IMG/VR virus record: IMGVR_UViG_3300013113_000285
Span: 6,863 to 70,862 of that record
Strand: one strand, 5' to 3'
Length of the DNA: 64,000 nucleotides
Origin: a virus
Both the position numbers and the translations under genes were made by a program. The notes under the pieces are model-generated. The model saw only the letters and a program-made list of their open reading frames with translations. It was not told where the DNA came from and made no database searches. Shown here piece by piece: positions 39,301-48,500 of the stretch (position 1 is the stretch's first letter; every line of letters starts with the position of its first letter).

Positions 39301-41871
39301 TGTGTCGGTATTGAACTCATCATCAAACATGTATGCTTCTTCGCTTGGATGCAATCTACCAAAGTTAGATGCGTCGGAAGCGTGTGCTCTCACTTCTTCA
39401 TCAGTTATATTATCATACCAAAATAAAGTTGATGATATCTTTAACCTTGTGTCGTTATCAAGAGATTCTGTCTCTGGGTCGCCTGAAGAGTGAAGGGCAC
39501 CTATTGATACATATTTATCTTTTGATAACAATGCTCTCGCATTTGCTTCTGCAATATCTGCTGTTACAAGCTCTTCGTCCTCGACAACATCTGCAAGCAT
39601 TCTTACGCAGTATAACTCTGCTCTGTAATCGGTCGTAGAACCCCCAGAAACGACGCCTGAGAGGTTTTTCTTAGGAACCAGTCTAACTGCAAGGTTCCAC
39701 TTTGAATTTTCATAAACTGACTTAAAATATTCTGTTTGGAGCGTCTGTCCGTCGAACGTCAAAACAAACCTTACATTCTCAGATAAAGGGTCGCTATTTT
39801 CTTTTTCAGCCTTGAGGTCAAATAATTCACTTGCCGAATAGCCTGAAGAGTATTCTCCTAGAAATGCAATATGCTCTTCATCATTAGTAGGAGGGTCGTA
39901 AGCTGGATGCTCTGTCGATAATCTTTTAGGAAAGATGACCTGGGTCTCAAAAGTAAATGAGAGGTTTGGAGTCGCACCGTTGCTGATACCTCTGATGTAA
40001 GAAGTTGAATCTGCATTACCAGGGTCAGCCTTTGTGTAAATAAGACCTTGGTCTCTGTCTGCGTTATTGAAATCAACAAACTTCTTTTTGATAGCAGTCG
40101 TTCTTCTAGTGTCCTCTAAGGTATAGTCAGCGCCATCAGAGTATAAGTTTATCTTTACAAGTTCATCGTCGACACCAAAACAACGGATAAGGTTTCTAAA
40201 AGCTTTCTCTGTTCCCTTTGACTTGTAGATATAAGAAAGGTTGTTATAAATGTTTTGGTAAATGGTGTTCTTTACATCTTGGAGTTTTTCCTCAAATTTC
40301 TCTTGTTCTCCTCGTGAGAGAATTTCCTCAAAAGCACTTGCCTCTGTGAATAAGTCAGGAACAACCATACCTGCTGACTCTAATGTTCTTCTAATAAGAG
40401 AATAAGGCTTGCTTGTTCTTTCCTCTAATGTATGGTACTCTACTTCTTTGAGGTTTACAAGTTCTTTTATTTTTATTTGTGCTGAGTCGAAGTAGCTGGA
40501 AATAACTTGTGAAAGTTCTTTTACGTTCTCGCCCTTCTCTTCGTCTTCCTCAATAATCCAAGCAGGCATTGTGTGATAGATGCTTGAGTTGTTTGTATAG
40601 TCATAAGTCAAGCCTTCCTGCATATAAGTTTCTCTTGCGGAAACAAAATCAGGATGTGAGGAATAAATAATAGGTTCTTTATCTTCTGAAACCTCAAAGA
40701 AGCCAGAAGCGTCGAAAGCTGATACCGTGCTTCTTACCGAACTGTCGTAGTTCAAAATCTCCCCATTTGATATTCTACCAGAATAATCAAGCACAGTTGA
40801 ATCGATGTTGGTGTTTCCAGTGATACCCTCATTGAACTTATAGTAGATGCCAATATCTACTTTTCTGTTCTCTGTGTTGTATTTATTGTCGTCAGTGTTC
40901 GTTCCGCCATGAATATGTGTATGCCAGTATCTTCCAATTTCCTCTTCTGTTCTTCTTCTTTTCCAAAAACGAAATTCATCGACGTACAAACCGTCAGTCG
41001 ATAATACCCCATTTGATACTCCGTTTATATTTAGAGACAGTTCTGCTTGCGAAACAGAAGTTAAGGCAGTTCCAGTCGTGTTAGTATAAACGAGAGTACC
41101 GTTCTTATAGACTTCAAATTTTATCTGCGAACCTTCATTTACAGTACAGAATGAAACGTGATTCCAAGAATCTGTAATCAAGTCTGTAATTGTTGTTGAT
41201 TCTGTTGTAGTATTCCCTGCATCATCTTTAGCGGAAAGGACTAATAATCCAGTTGAGAAATATGTTGCCGACAATATTGTGGATTGAGCCTCGTTTGCAA
41301 TATTATAGAGAACCACTCTTCCTGAGAACGTGTTTTCTAATTTAGCCCAGAACTCTACAGTATTACCCAGACTTCCATCAACATATAAATTAGAATTCCT
41401 ATAGATTGAGGTGTCCCAAATATTTGAGTTGCCTTGCTTTACTGGAAACTGTTTGGATAGTTCTTCTTTTTCTCCCTCGATTACGCCAGGCTGGTTGTTT
41501 GGACCACCCTTGACGAAAACAGATTGACTTGACCCTAAGCGGATATGACCTACACTCTTAGGATAAGCATTATCCATAATCCATAGGTCAAGTTCAGAAG
41601 AGTCATAGAACCACTTTTCTTTTTCTGATTGCGAACCATCATAAGGATAAGTCTGATAGATTCTATTGAAAGAGTCTTCGTAATATTTCTGTGCTGAACC
41701 ATAGAAGGAAAAGTTCTCTGGTTTAGAATAATCTACGTGGGAGTGAAATTTATTATTTGCTCTTACGACGTCTCTTGAAAGCTCTGGAGATTCTAAATCA
41801 GTTTTGATTTTATCTGCTTGACTTTTTGTAAGAACCTTGTTACTTTTATTGAATAAGTCTTTTGTACTCAT
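30319..41871 (-). CDS. Giant (3850 aa) baseplate wedge-like/adhesin protein with multiple LamG (ConA-like) domains
   Basis: YKSKGTEKAFRNLIRCFG wedge (gp7/P2-I-like) motif; LamG signatures WNHVSF...VDEFRFW, FSISAWVY...WHNVVMTYDG...IADVCIFNKELS, VSIWAQP...GILDEFTIFRG. Confidence 0.7.
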   Translation of the reverse strand: MSTKDLFNKSNKVLTKSQADKIKTDLESPELSRDVVRANNKFHSHVDYSKPENFSFYGSAQKYYEDSFNRIYQTYPYDGSQSEKEKWFYDSSELDLWIMDNAYPKSVGHIRLGSSQSVFVKGGPNNQPGVIEGEKEELSKQFPVKQGNSNIWDTSIYRNSNLYVDGSLGNTVEFWAKLENTFSGRVVLYNIANEAQSTILSATYFSTGLLVLSAKDDAGNTTTESTTITDLITDSWNHVSFCTVNEGSQIKFEVYKNGTLVYTNTTGTALTSVSQAELSLNINGVSNGVLSTDGLYVDEFRFWKRRRTEEEIGRYWHTHIHGGTNTDDNKYNTENRKVDIGIYYKFNEGITGNTNIDSTVLDYSGRISNGEILNYDSSVRSTVSAFDASGFFEVSEDKEPIIYSSHPDFVSARETYMQEGLTYDYTNNSSIYHTMPAWIIEEDEEKGENVKELSQVISSYFDSAQIKIKELVNLKEVEYHTLEERTSKPYSLIRRTLESAGMVVPDLFTEASAFEEILSRGEQEKFEEKLQDVKNTIYQNIYNNLSYIYKSKGTEKAFRNLIRCFGVDDELVKINLYSDGADYTLEDTRRTTAIKKKFVDFNNADRDQGLIYTKADPGNADSTSYIRGISNGATPNLSFTFETQVIFPKRLSTEHPAYDPPTNDEEHIAFLGEYSSGYSASELFDLKAEKENSDPLSENVRFVLTFDGQTLQTEYFKSVYENSKWNLAVRLVPKKNLSGVVSGGSTTDYRAELYCVRMLADVVEDEELVTADIAEANARALLSKDKYVSIGALHSSGDPETESLDNDTRLKISSTLFWYDNITDEEVRAHASDASNFGRLHPSEEAYMFDDEFNTDTSSAIQVPRRDTLAMHWDFSEVTTTDGSGEFIVDDLSEDFDKSTIPINAKAIQFDGDITAGQTDHVKVLDSDDFSFTDGASNDEPFSISAWVYVENASGGDNGPFVSKATVGGATPTEYIFKHESGRLRAFLYSGSGFGNSVNIFANSAGITNSTWHNVVMTYDGSNTGAGVTFYVDASPQAATVSTSGTYSGMTNTSEPLIIGRTNNDPPSAGQAFEDKIADVCIFNKELSQAEVTEIYNSNAVKNMYRFSDKDSIISWWKMGDDLDTTGANGIKDYIGSNHGTLTNGASIVDEVTLSTDNIITGRYGWFTDLVGHQVTGKGVYFTEDDKQIVNREFIHSAKHRTPEVINSEDLVEIRSQDDLTFTKDAQVVTHFFAAEKSMYQTISDDMINLFATIVEFNDLIGQPVNRYRLQYKALEKFRARYFEKVNNVPSLEKYIELYKWIDSSIGLMLQELIPVSSNFSADLRNMVESHVLERNKYWTKFPTLEMAGEPPLGIVKGINELTYNWKDGHTPVGSETIEDDKFLYGDQRVQGTDPLITTGDSDVDDNREVLRRVSTRTTAGRTQIISGVEQDMPILRESPLVPASPGVPAVPGPTYSGQAYVTRALAKPYRLNLDIAPTIHGGSNFSPTTKDPNAFIRAATRIIPGVATVGIDIDNGDNPTTYEEWKKLYKVKRTTTITISDTETSLTEYLNGDFAYPYYGADFRDASPYITGQHSDSYGDDAEIPMQGPFTETWVGGNQHRHIFYKTQTDRPELYIDDAGVLKHPHEVDPNLPAARFTRDELAKRPVNIENIKTEGDQPFGNYQRDYEIVQTSGRTKNNSWFVSNEGVSLTETTSPFISGTVEFSLPDRGRTEHVFVERFSAPGDPLTLSRGYLDTLAEEFSVYNSVNFRNLEERLDYQRRLYTHSGVYQGSQGYEDTTTGIPSVHKVNRNPALRPLETGCKTLYDNAYVSHQIPRSDLQYAFITASIDYDKYRPGEAPYPHPHTHCAADTIPVRFSGYYDDIHIVKGDEGYEASYADYQGAGYRFIRNVENSQVISQRKTNTYSQLNRTPRNGALDRSVSTFVEPAVVWNKPNTHYVLNEEYSNLAAQGETLGDLRKNVSPLTYSYSNNLEVFSNEELTRAVDIDKTSKSGFSETLMEVFKKAELLFSRSVARELIFPKHKNVGLKKTRFRSEFDTYKFFWKDKMFDRVKCSNTTKLGYEMTPEFQRLFKQKFSVDVMDGYHFSQSSSTEQEHYKVIGDLTYMGEDRTRHMITRKDLDITDTEHPLYDPSTPVGFLGLEEICEAESTSSDIVPVYSSVEIERNKTAPIPSPQLYHNPYNESYKESEGWINRKPITSDNKPAYNDYDSFSEEVKLAAQNYGLVSEFRISEHMDKYILENGGNFRAKNYDFLTLDGASHDGEFHTLSSGTSIKETSSFYSIKKEDNSLTLTAYPTSSSDDTLVKNNAEGFFGYNPIYAPSNSTFSISNSVNSNVEINASSIENYTSIEPYQNGTSAAGKFDLDTTNDYLVVNINSIKKDNLPPLSNGFRVDPNATFDDMPIAVSIWAQPETIAPNTSYGMWSAGSGSGERSINLFSHYYYMNGHTSYQNLGLTFVVSDGTATPDEGMPGTTLGATSSVYTFFNSDGSIALLSESKMNNIVVQLVPPSYTATSGGEDLNYLIKVWLNGDELYGVNVAELTSSNYLSRNSGGQSISAYSPCPMGDWKHIDTSPWFADYDTSFSDANLKGITTISNFVVGNCNYHQSRDNSASTGNRFKGILDEFTIFRGILPSDSISAIFNNGIPNNVNELLANNQIVGNCVYDTTVNQSIFSGGQVYSFPVPATVDNGEFDLGGKYYSNFESASGSNIVPLGWTTNESDETPANGPTIQASTLGAGNSVFGLRGHSDLHSDVDDPPGPTGASNDHYRWIQHPQVFATGIEVSFKVYEGRSSGDYDLTEAPDKSAGEDLWLQYKVGTAGTWTTSGSPIQAGDRGGSTGAGQWNLINTVTRTINGVGESQANPIYLRWISYAEVGSSTSNADTWGVDDIEISEVGITAEQYIAAEAQRIQILAGSTAFVQYSDFDEENYSKEEQQLIEASLPVWHRIGVPSYDKVVNQGQWDSDFFNSYVHTDNINFIEKADKKHDELAVDTTETVKLKVNAIKKLLPYEGFYPQDRVVQIANLFVEKISPDIIHDEKVYKDQAVQAALQHFFAPGILYNSIKAGVACDWASYTNESGLEPSYFGDSVKYYETLDGTSVLKYSSRMAPQWYTGGRTGSYDVTELLVTQPTSVDSTTATSEITDFSKSITTNEGAVLNSYTDPNNFNVDYNIKNLIITKAPSKRLPFESILDPYKYLLDGRDGTQVSDSTNHILTHQNQHFLMNPSYYEDPVAYNITAVGGAYTVTEDTANSNYKNYNYPYFEISKGVQSKDNRYELSINNFIAETTKFFIKGESLSSFASAKPQGEGYLMESGSTYYMDVVLDKSSEFLPVNSPGGLGGRYFGPPVRWIDGDGSFDFYGYEKDKISDAAFAPYVPPYFYASTTARVSFSATETKKYSLDEIFKFSEIEEVSPQVDEYFSNQALGRVRKSLVSGSPQSPDDGDYQDSVAFSSRMPLSASIELFGKTSLSRQEFDEEGNPVSISTANNEELDTWVIYSKFECPLFDFSAASNASDEGTLSTLGITTDTAETVSTDNYEYTSSYLDTTNTERFTTDKRTGSGIWAGYGSQVDGKGVTISIRESFPQGVSATTGSLIEVCGFTPETKQIGRVADSKEISEAVLMIPFLDEPLTTEQRLFGGESRQVYATINVDDRNFIKINNLEYRKQKRDFDKNQVIYTTDSGEEIRQTSITNMIEGMRNYNVPPLFDFETYDEAPFAMYFFEFKHTLDREDLSNIWQGLQPKVAKEASLDSVEISHEINSHELFGNLGEIPKGVRWMVFKVKKKAEKSYYNLTEDSRDDSRFKFDFEVGTKEPEYGYNYPYDYFTMLEMIQVEANAEKEIDPVEQYRKRKGESEE

Positions 41872-43272
41872 TTAGTCAACCCTAAACTTGAAAATCTCTT
41901 CCTGTTCTTTCAACTCTCCGTTGATTGAGAACAACAATTTGATTCCATACATATATCCCTTTTCTAAAAGGGACATATCAAAATCAAAATAGCTACCCAA
42001 GGCATCGTAAGAAACTAGTGTATGTTCGTTATTAGTACCGCTTGTTCCAATACCATAGTCAAGAATTACTTCTTCATCTACAAGTCGAACAACCTTGTAG
42101 TACATTTTCTCAACAATTAAGTTCTCAATTTCATTACTTGCTACCGTATAAATAGTTGGATTCCAATCTTTTTGTCTGGTGTAAACCCTGAATTTTGCGG
42201 TTTCCTGCCTTGTGTAAGAAGTTTTCAAGTTAGTGATGTCCGTGACATACTCCGTATCACTTGCGTCTGTTTCGACCTGTCTGCTCAACAATGTTATGGA
42301 ACCTGTTTTTACCAAGTTTGCATCGGCGGTCCACTTTTCGTAAATAGTTGATACAGCTACGGTATTTGGTACTGTAACTACTGCCTTATAAACACCTGTT
42401 TCAACGTTTGTTATAACACCAGTCGTTATCGATGTCGTCATAGCTTCGTCCTCAAAAAGCTCTAGTGCAACTGTACCGACAAGGTTCGTCCTTTCACCAC
42501 CGATGGAGTTATAGAGGTAGATGCTCTGCTCGTTAGATGCGACGAAGGGAGAAGCCTTGTAGAACTTGCCTCTATCGTCGCTATTTGTATTTGAGTCCCT
42601 TGCCTCAATGACTGGACGTTTGAAGAAGAATTCTGATGAACGAGAGAAGAATTTCTTTGTATAAAAATTCTGTTCTTGTGAACCATCTGTGAGTGCCCCA
42701 TCTATTGTGATTATCAATCCGTTGTCGGTTGGTATAGTACCATCAAAGATGTCTTCGATATATCCAGTAATATCTACTTCTAAGTTTTCCTCGCCCGTGT
42801 CGAACCTTTGAGTTGCAATTTCAGTAACTCCTGCTTCTAGTCCACCTGCTACAGTCCAAGCGGTTGATACTGCTCTGTTCGTCCAGCTTGCAACATCTTC
42901 GTCTTTATAAGACTCCATATCAAGACCATTACCCTCAACAAATGAATTCGCAAGATGATAAACCTTTAGGTCATAGTTTCTTGCGAGAGTAAAAGGATGA
43001 ACTGCGTTGGTAAGTTTTAGTACAAACTTCACATCAGAAGGAAAAGAGCCGTAGTGACTCACAATGGCAGCAGTATCGAATTTGATAAGAACTCGTGCTT
43101 CCTCAAGCTTGTCTGCATCAACAGATGGACTGGGGTGTTGTCCGAAAATGAAGAACACTTCAAGTGAATCTGAAAGACCCATATTGGCATCAGTCCCTCT
43201 TTCCTTTAGACTTTCTTTATAAGCATTTGTGATAGTTGTATCAGCAGTTGCGTAAAACTTTTTTACAGACAT
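41872..43272 (-). CDS. Baseplate-associated structural protein (466 aa)
   Basis: Lies between gp6-like and wedge-like genes; ADTTI...RVLIKFD...DNGLII...FFSR...RPVIE resembles a DNRLRE/CBM96-type fold. Confidence 0.55.
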   Translation of the reverse strand: MSVKKFYATADTTITNAYKESLKERGTDANMGLSDSLEVFFIFGQHPSPSVDADKLEEARVLIKFDTAAIVSHYGSFPSDVKFVLKLTNAVHPFTLARNYDLKVYHLANSFVEGNGLDMESYKDEDVASWTNRAVSTAWTVAGGLEAGVTEIATQRFDTGEENLEVDITGYIEDIFDGTIPTDNGLIITIDGALTDGSQEQNFYTKKFFSRSSEFFFKRPVIEARDSNTNSDDRGKFYKASPFVASNEQSIYLYNSIGGERTNLVGTVALELFEDEAMTTSITTGVITNVETGVYKAVVTVPNTVAVSTIYEKWTADANLVKTGSITLLSRQVETDASDTEYVTDITNLKTSYTRQETAKFRVYTRQKDWNPTIYTVASNEIENLIVEKMYYKVVRLVDEEVILDYGIGTSGTNNEHTLVSYDALGSYFDFDMSLLEKGYMYGIKLLFSINGELKEQEEIFKFRVD

Positions 43273-45110
43273 TATACAATCACTCCCTTAATATCAAATT
43301 CTGGATAACGAACTTCATATATAACATTTTTAGGCATCTCGATATATCTTCCGTCAGCAGAGGTCATCTTATCTAAATTAAAAGAAACGTCGGAATAGAC
43401 TCTATCTCCAACATCTCCATTTCTTCTTGTAATTTTTACGTCAGTTACGTCAAGGATTCCCTCGACATTTCTTAATTCTTTATAAATGTCTGTAATGAAA
43501 AAAGGCTCGCCAATGTCTGGTAGTCTAGAAAATCTTTTTTGCAATCTTTCGTATGCTGAAGCTAATACCTCAAACTTTGTTCTCTCTAATGAGCCGACTG
43601 CGACAAAATCAATACTGAGGTTTATTACCCTTGCGTCGAGTATATCGATAGTATCATTTATCATCTTGTTCTTCTGCAACCAAGTCTTTACGTTGTTCTT
43701 CATGACATCGTTAGACTCCACAAGAATACCAGATTCTCCCTCTGAAATGAGATAGAGATTGAGATTTCTCTTGAGAGAATCGTTATCTCTCATGATTCTG
43801 CACCTTTTTACTGAGCCGAATTTTGCAGGCATCTGATATACGAACGACTCATAATCTTGTTGAGTCACTGCCCTGTTCTGTGTTGCGAATGTATCTCTGA
43901 TTCTATGCCTCAACTCTTCTGAGTTTGGAATGTCAATATCTCCAATTATTGGCTCTTCATTATCCACTTCTAGCGAATTGATGACTTCTGTGACCTTCGC
44001 AGCGTTCAAGCTCACTTGGTCGTTGAACTCCATACTGTATTCTGAAACCCCTGTTAACTGACCCGTTCTAATATTTACATTCTGTACTGTATTTACCCTG
44101 TAAGTTACTGTGAGTGTTGTGTTGGCTGGTGCTATTCCAAACTTGTCACTTTGGATAAGTCTTGTCGGGTCAAATGAGGTATCTTGTATATAGCTCTTGC
44201 CGTGAATATCAAGTATGGACGTTTGCGGTTCAGAAATATAATCTTCAGGTATTTCGGAATCAGAACTTGCGCCGAAGACCAACTCTGTTGTTCTAATATT
44301 TCTATTCTTGATAAACCTTCTCGGCACAACTACGGGCTTCAAAATCTCTGCTGCCTGGTCTCCAGCGTTATAGGTCTCACCGCCGCTGCCAGTTGTCTTA
44401 CTCCTGTTCGTTATACCTTTATATACAACATTTTGGCTCAAATAATCAACTTCATAATATTCATTTCCTTCGGAATCTACAATAGAGATTATTTCAGATA
44501 TATCGAGCGCATTTAGAGTTAGCTTATTGAATCTCTTGTATGAACCAACGTCAATGAATTCTGTTCTAATTTCTCCAGACATTACCTGACCGTAAGTCTT
44601 TACTGCATAATGAGTTGGATTTCCAGTGGTTTCATCGACACGAGCAACTCTTATGGATGCCGATGGATTTCCAAAATGAACGTCTTGATTCAAGATGAAA
44701 GCCGCTCCAGTTGTAGCTGTAAAACTTGCGCCCTGCTTCAATATTGGAACATAGTTCATGTCTGGTCCGATGCCCGTTGAAGTAGCTGGTACTAAAACAT
44801 ACACCGCCGCTGTTCCATATGAAGATGAAGCTCCGCCGAACTTATAACCAAGCTGTCTTCCTAACTTGAGTATGTTTTCATATTCAGTAGCTGTTTCTAC
44901 GAAAGTTTCATTTGCCTGATAGTCGATATAAAAGGAAAGAATGTCTCCGATATAGGCAACAGTATCTATGACAAGAGAGCCGAATGAAGCCTCGTTAAAG
45001 TCTCTGTAGGTATTTGGGTAATATCTCTTGATATAATCAATTAGGTCAGTCTTGATTGTATCAAACTCACGACTTGTGTATTTTATTGATACTGCTCGCT
45101 TTTTACTCAT
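43272..45110 (-). CDS. Baseplate wedge subunit (T4 gp6 / baseplate J-like)
   Basis: YTSREFDTIKTDL, DFNEASFG...AYIGDILSFYIDYQANE, LGYK, QNRAVTQQDY. Confidence 0.9.
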   Translation of the reverse strand: MSKKRAVSIKYTSREFDTIKTDLIDYIKRYYPNTYRDFNEASFGSLVIDTVAYIGDILSFYIDYQANETFVETATEYENILKLGRQLGYKFGGASSSYGTAAVYVLVPATSTGIGPDMNYVPILKQGASFTATTGAAFILNQDVHFGNPSASIRVARVDETTGNPTHYAVKTYGQVMSGEIRTEFIDVGSYKRFNKLTLNALDISEIISIVDSEGNEYYEVDYLSQNVVYKGITNRSKTTGSGGETYNAGDQAAEILKPVVVPRRFIKNRNIRTTELVFGASSDSEIPEDYISEPQTSILDIHGKSYIQDTSFDPTRLIQSDKFGIAPANTTLTVTYRVNTVQNVNIRTGQLTGVSEYSMEFNDQVSLNAAKVTEVINSLEVDNEEPIIGDIDIPNSEELRHRIRDTFATQNRAVTQQDYESFVYQMPAKFGSVKRCRIMRDNDSLKRNLNLYLISEGESGILVESNDVMKNNVKTWLQKNKMINDTIDILDARVINLSIDFVAVGSLERTKFEVLASAYERLQKRFSRLPDIGEPFFITDIYKELRNVEGILDVTDVKITRRNGDVGDRVYSDVSFNLDKMTSADGRYIEMPKNVIYEVRYPEFDIKGVIV

Positions 45111-45133
45111 TATTGTGGTTCTCCAATATATCC

Positions 45134-45526
45134 CTAATTAGTTCCAACCTCTATTTCCAGTGAGGTAAAAAGATTGAGTGGAACGATGCGAAAACGAATA
45201 TCTAGGTTTAGTCCGTTATCACTAGAACCTGATTTATCAAAGAGAGAATTGAATTCAACCTTTATAACTTCGACAAAGGGCATATAAGCTTTCACTTGTT
45301 GCCTTATCTTAGAATCTATATTCGAACGAACAATTTGATTGTTATTTTCAAAAAGAAAATTTCTCAACCCAACACCAAAATCTGGATACATCACTCTTTC
45401 ACCAGGTGCAGTCAGTAAGAGCATTTTTAAATTCTGTCTTACAAGGTCAATATAATCTTTATTAAGCTCATATCCATCAACTGGGTCTTTTGTTAGTGGA
45501 AGCTTTGGTGATAATCCTCTTGACAT
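45134..45526 (-). CDS. Baseplate wedge/sheath initiator (T4 gp25-like)
   Basis: QNLKMLLLTAPGERVMYPDFGVGLRNFLFE. Confidence 0.92.
   Translation of the reverse strand: MSRGLSPKLPLTKDPVDGYELNKDYIDLVRQNLKMLLLTAPGERVMYPDFGVGLRNFLFENNNQIVRSNIDSKIRQQVKAYMPFVEVIKVEFNSLFDKSGSSDNGLNLDIRFRIVPLNLFTSLEIEVGTN
45135..45142 (-). promoter_or_regulatory. Late-promoter-like motif variant ACTAATTA
   Basis: 25 nt upstream of the gp6-like start. Confidence 0.5.
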
Positions 45527-45542
45527 AGTTTTCTCCTCCTCA

Positions 45543-45550
45543 TAAATAGG
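45543..45550 (-). promoter_or_regulatory. Late-promoter-like motif CCTATTTA
   Basis: 17 nt upstream of the gp25-like start. Confidence 0.55.
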
Positions 45551-45565
45551 ACGAACTATTTTATT

Positions 45566-48500
45566 TTAGAGTTGTTCTCGAAGAGCTTCTATTTCTTCTA
45601 GGAGAGAATCTCTTTCTTCTTCGAGGTCGTCTTTCTGTGAAGACTTTAACCTTGTATTTCTACCTTGAAGGTTTGCTCGGACTATCTGTGCTGATAAAAT
45701 CGTTATTTCTTCTGTCAATTCTGACACTCTCAAAGACTTTTCTAATATTTGACCGTTTATTTCTGTAAGTTCTTGTTCTCTGCGCTCTCTTTCGACACGT
45801 TCTTCTTCTGTCTCGGGATTGAGTATTGAGTCTTTTTCTACAAGAAGGTTTTGTATTTCTCTTCTAAGATTTTCTATCTCTCCTTGCTTTCGTTCATTTT
45901 CAGAATCTAATTCTTGTCTTTCTGACCTTATTCTCAATTCTAATGCACTGTTGTCGTTCATGAGGGCACGAGCAAGTTCTGCCTGATTCTGTCGAATAGC
46001 TTCTTCAATTTCTTCGATACGCTCTTCTGCTTCTCTAATTTCGTTTTCTGCTTGAGGTATCCTTGAATCAATCTCCTCAATCCTCGTCTGTTGCTCTGGC
46101 TGTAATCCGAGTTGAGCGTAAGTCGTATCGAAGACCTGACCGCAATATGGAGGAAGTCTCAGTCCCGCTTCTTCAATCTGATTTCTTGCATCCTGACCTT
46201 CTGCGGAATCTGAATTTAACAAAGAGCTTGGTAGGAATACTCCCAATCCCAATGCGTGATATATAGAAGCAAGCGGAGTAAGTGGGAATATAAAAGCTAA
46301 AGAAACATTCAGTCCGCCAGCAATCGCACTTGTTGGTATATTAACACAAGCGAGTTTAGATAAGAAAGACAAGCGTTTAGCTAGCTTGACCGCTGGGTCA
46401 ACTCTTTCTACATATCTCTTGAATTCAAGCAAAGCTGCATCCCTAGCCATTCTCAATGCTGTTGAGAAAAACCCACCTAGACCCATAAAAGGATTGCCCC
46501 AGCAGACCTCGGCTGAACCGAGATTATAAGAAAACTCAGTACAAGGAGTATCAAAGACATTGTTATTAAAATCAAATAATTTAGTAAGACCGCTGGTACC
46601 GCCAACCGATGATAGTGCCTTATTCTCCTTGCCCCAGTCGTCCTTCTCTGGTGTAATTGCGTAAAATAAAGAAAACAGATTGTCTTTTGTCTCACCGAAA
46701 GAAGCAAAGGTTGTCCCCATTGTTGATACTGTCTCCATCTCATGAACTGACAATGAAGCAGCATATTCTTCCACTGAAAAGAAGGTTCCAAACAAGGCTT
46801 GCTGTACGGTCAATAAATTTAGGTCCGTTCTCTCGACTATTGGCACGATATATTTTGCCGTACCATCTGGAAATACATACCTTTGAAAAGATGAAGTCAA
46901 ATCATCGCTGATAGTCTCTGTTACGAGTGAAAAGTAATCTTTTCTGTTTTCTCTCAAATAAATAAAAGGATACATAAATTGACTTACATCTCTTCTGCCG
47001 TCGGTGTATGTAAGAAGAGTTCCGAATTCTGGTTCGAGTGTTGGAACATTTTCAGTTAGAAATGTGTATAATATACCTGATTCTCTAGTATCTGACATTA
47101 ATAATGCGTCCAAAAATCCATCTGAAATTATTTTATATTCTTCCTTTATTGCCTTTCTGAGTAGAGAATTTCCTTCTCCGTTTTTTCCTCCATACACATC
47201 TTCTACCTGTTCCACGAAGTCTTCGAAATAACTTGGCATGTCTCCAGAGAAAGTATCTGACGAAGTACAAGAACCACCTTCACTTGGCTTTGAGTATCTA
47301 TTCATGCTCTCATACATTTTATCAATTATATAAGAACATTTTAAATCACTAAGCTCGGCTGCACGACCTTCGAAACTTGTTGTAGTCAAGATACTCGTAG
47401 ATAATACTTCTATAATGTAGTGTCTAAAGGTAGCCTTTACACAAGCTTTCATCATTGCCGCCTCAAGTGGGCTGAGTCTTGGTTTATCTTCGCTCTCTGG
47501 TGGGTTTAGGTCCAAGCAAAATTGGTCCTTCATAGTATTTTTTACTTCTTCCACCAATTGAGATAGTCTTAGCAAATGAGGGTCGCACTGTGGAGTCTGT
47601 GTTGGTCCTAAATTGATAAACTCAAGGACATACCTGTCATAGGTTGGACCTTCAGATTCCCCGATAGATTGATAATTCAGGTAATTTGAGTTTTTCAAAC
47701 TTTTCATCAGAATCTTGAATATGTTGTTTCTAACTTCTTCTGATATCTTTCCAGAAACTTGGCTAAACCCTTCTATTCTTCTTTCCTTTTCTATAGAAGA
47801 AATGTTATTCTCCAATTCAAGAGACTTATTGAAGATGGCTTCCATACAAGTTTTAGAATTCTTTTTTGTATCAGTACCAATGTTATCTTCCATAAATAAT
47901 ACAACATTTTCTGGAATTTCACGCTGAGATATATACTCTTTTCCCTTTACTAATACAGAACTTCCTATGATGTTTTGACTTTCGCAACCGACTGCTCCGA
48001 AATCAATACCTAAGTTCGTCGTTATTCCTGGTGTCGGGACTGGTTCTTGAATAGTTATTTCGGGCTTTTCTACTGCAACTATCTTTGCGTCAGGCTCAGC
48101 ATCACCGCACTCATTACCCTCTAGCCCATCAGTCTTATATTCTATCTGACTCTGCGGTTCAGGAGTTGGTTCAGGAGTTGGTTCTGGCTCTTGCTGCCTA
48201 TTCAGTATTTCACAATAGTCTAATTCTGAAAACTTAACTTTTGTTGTTTCTGCTTCACGCTCCTCGGCAGCAGCTTCCATCTCTTCTCTCATTCTTAGCA
48301 GAGTCTGATTTGAAGAAAAGTCTGAATTGTTAAATAAACTTTCTACACCATCTGTGCTGCTCTCTAGTATTGATGGAATCTGAATTTCTAACTCAGTCTC
48401 TGTAGATTCGCTGAACGTGGGATTGTTATAAAACTCCACGAGGTGAGGAACTGGTTTTCTCTTTGTTACAGTAACCTTTTTTGTATACCTAAGTCCAAGT

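Noticed and set aside
42147-42350. Two ACTATTTA copies inside the 466-aa CDS (and one at 8421)
   Set aside because: Intragenic and far from a clear start; may be chance matches in AT-rich coding sequence, so not called as promoters
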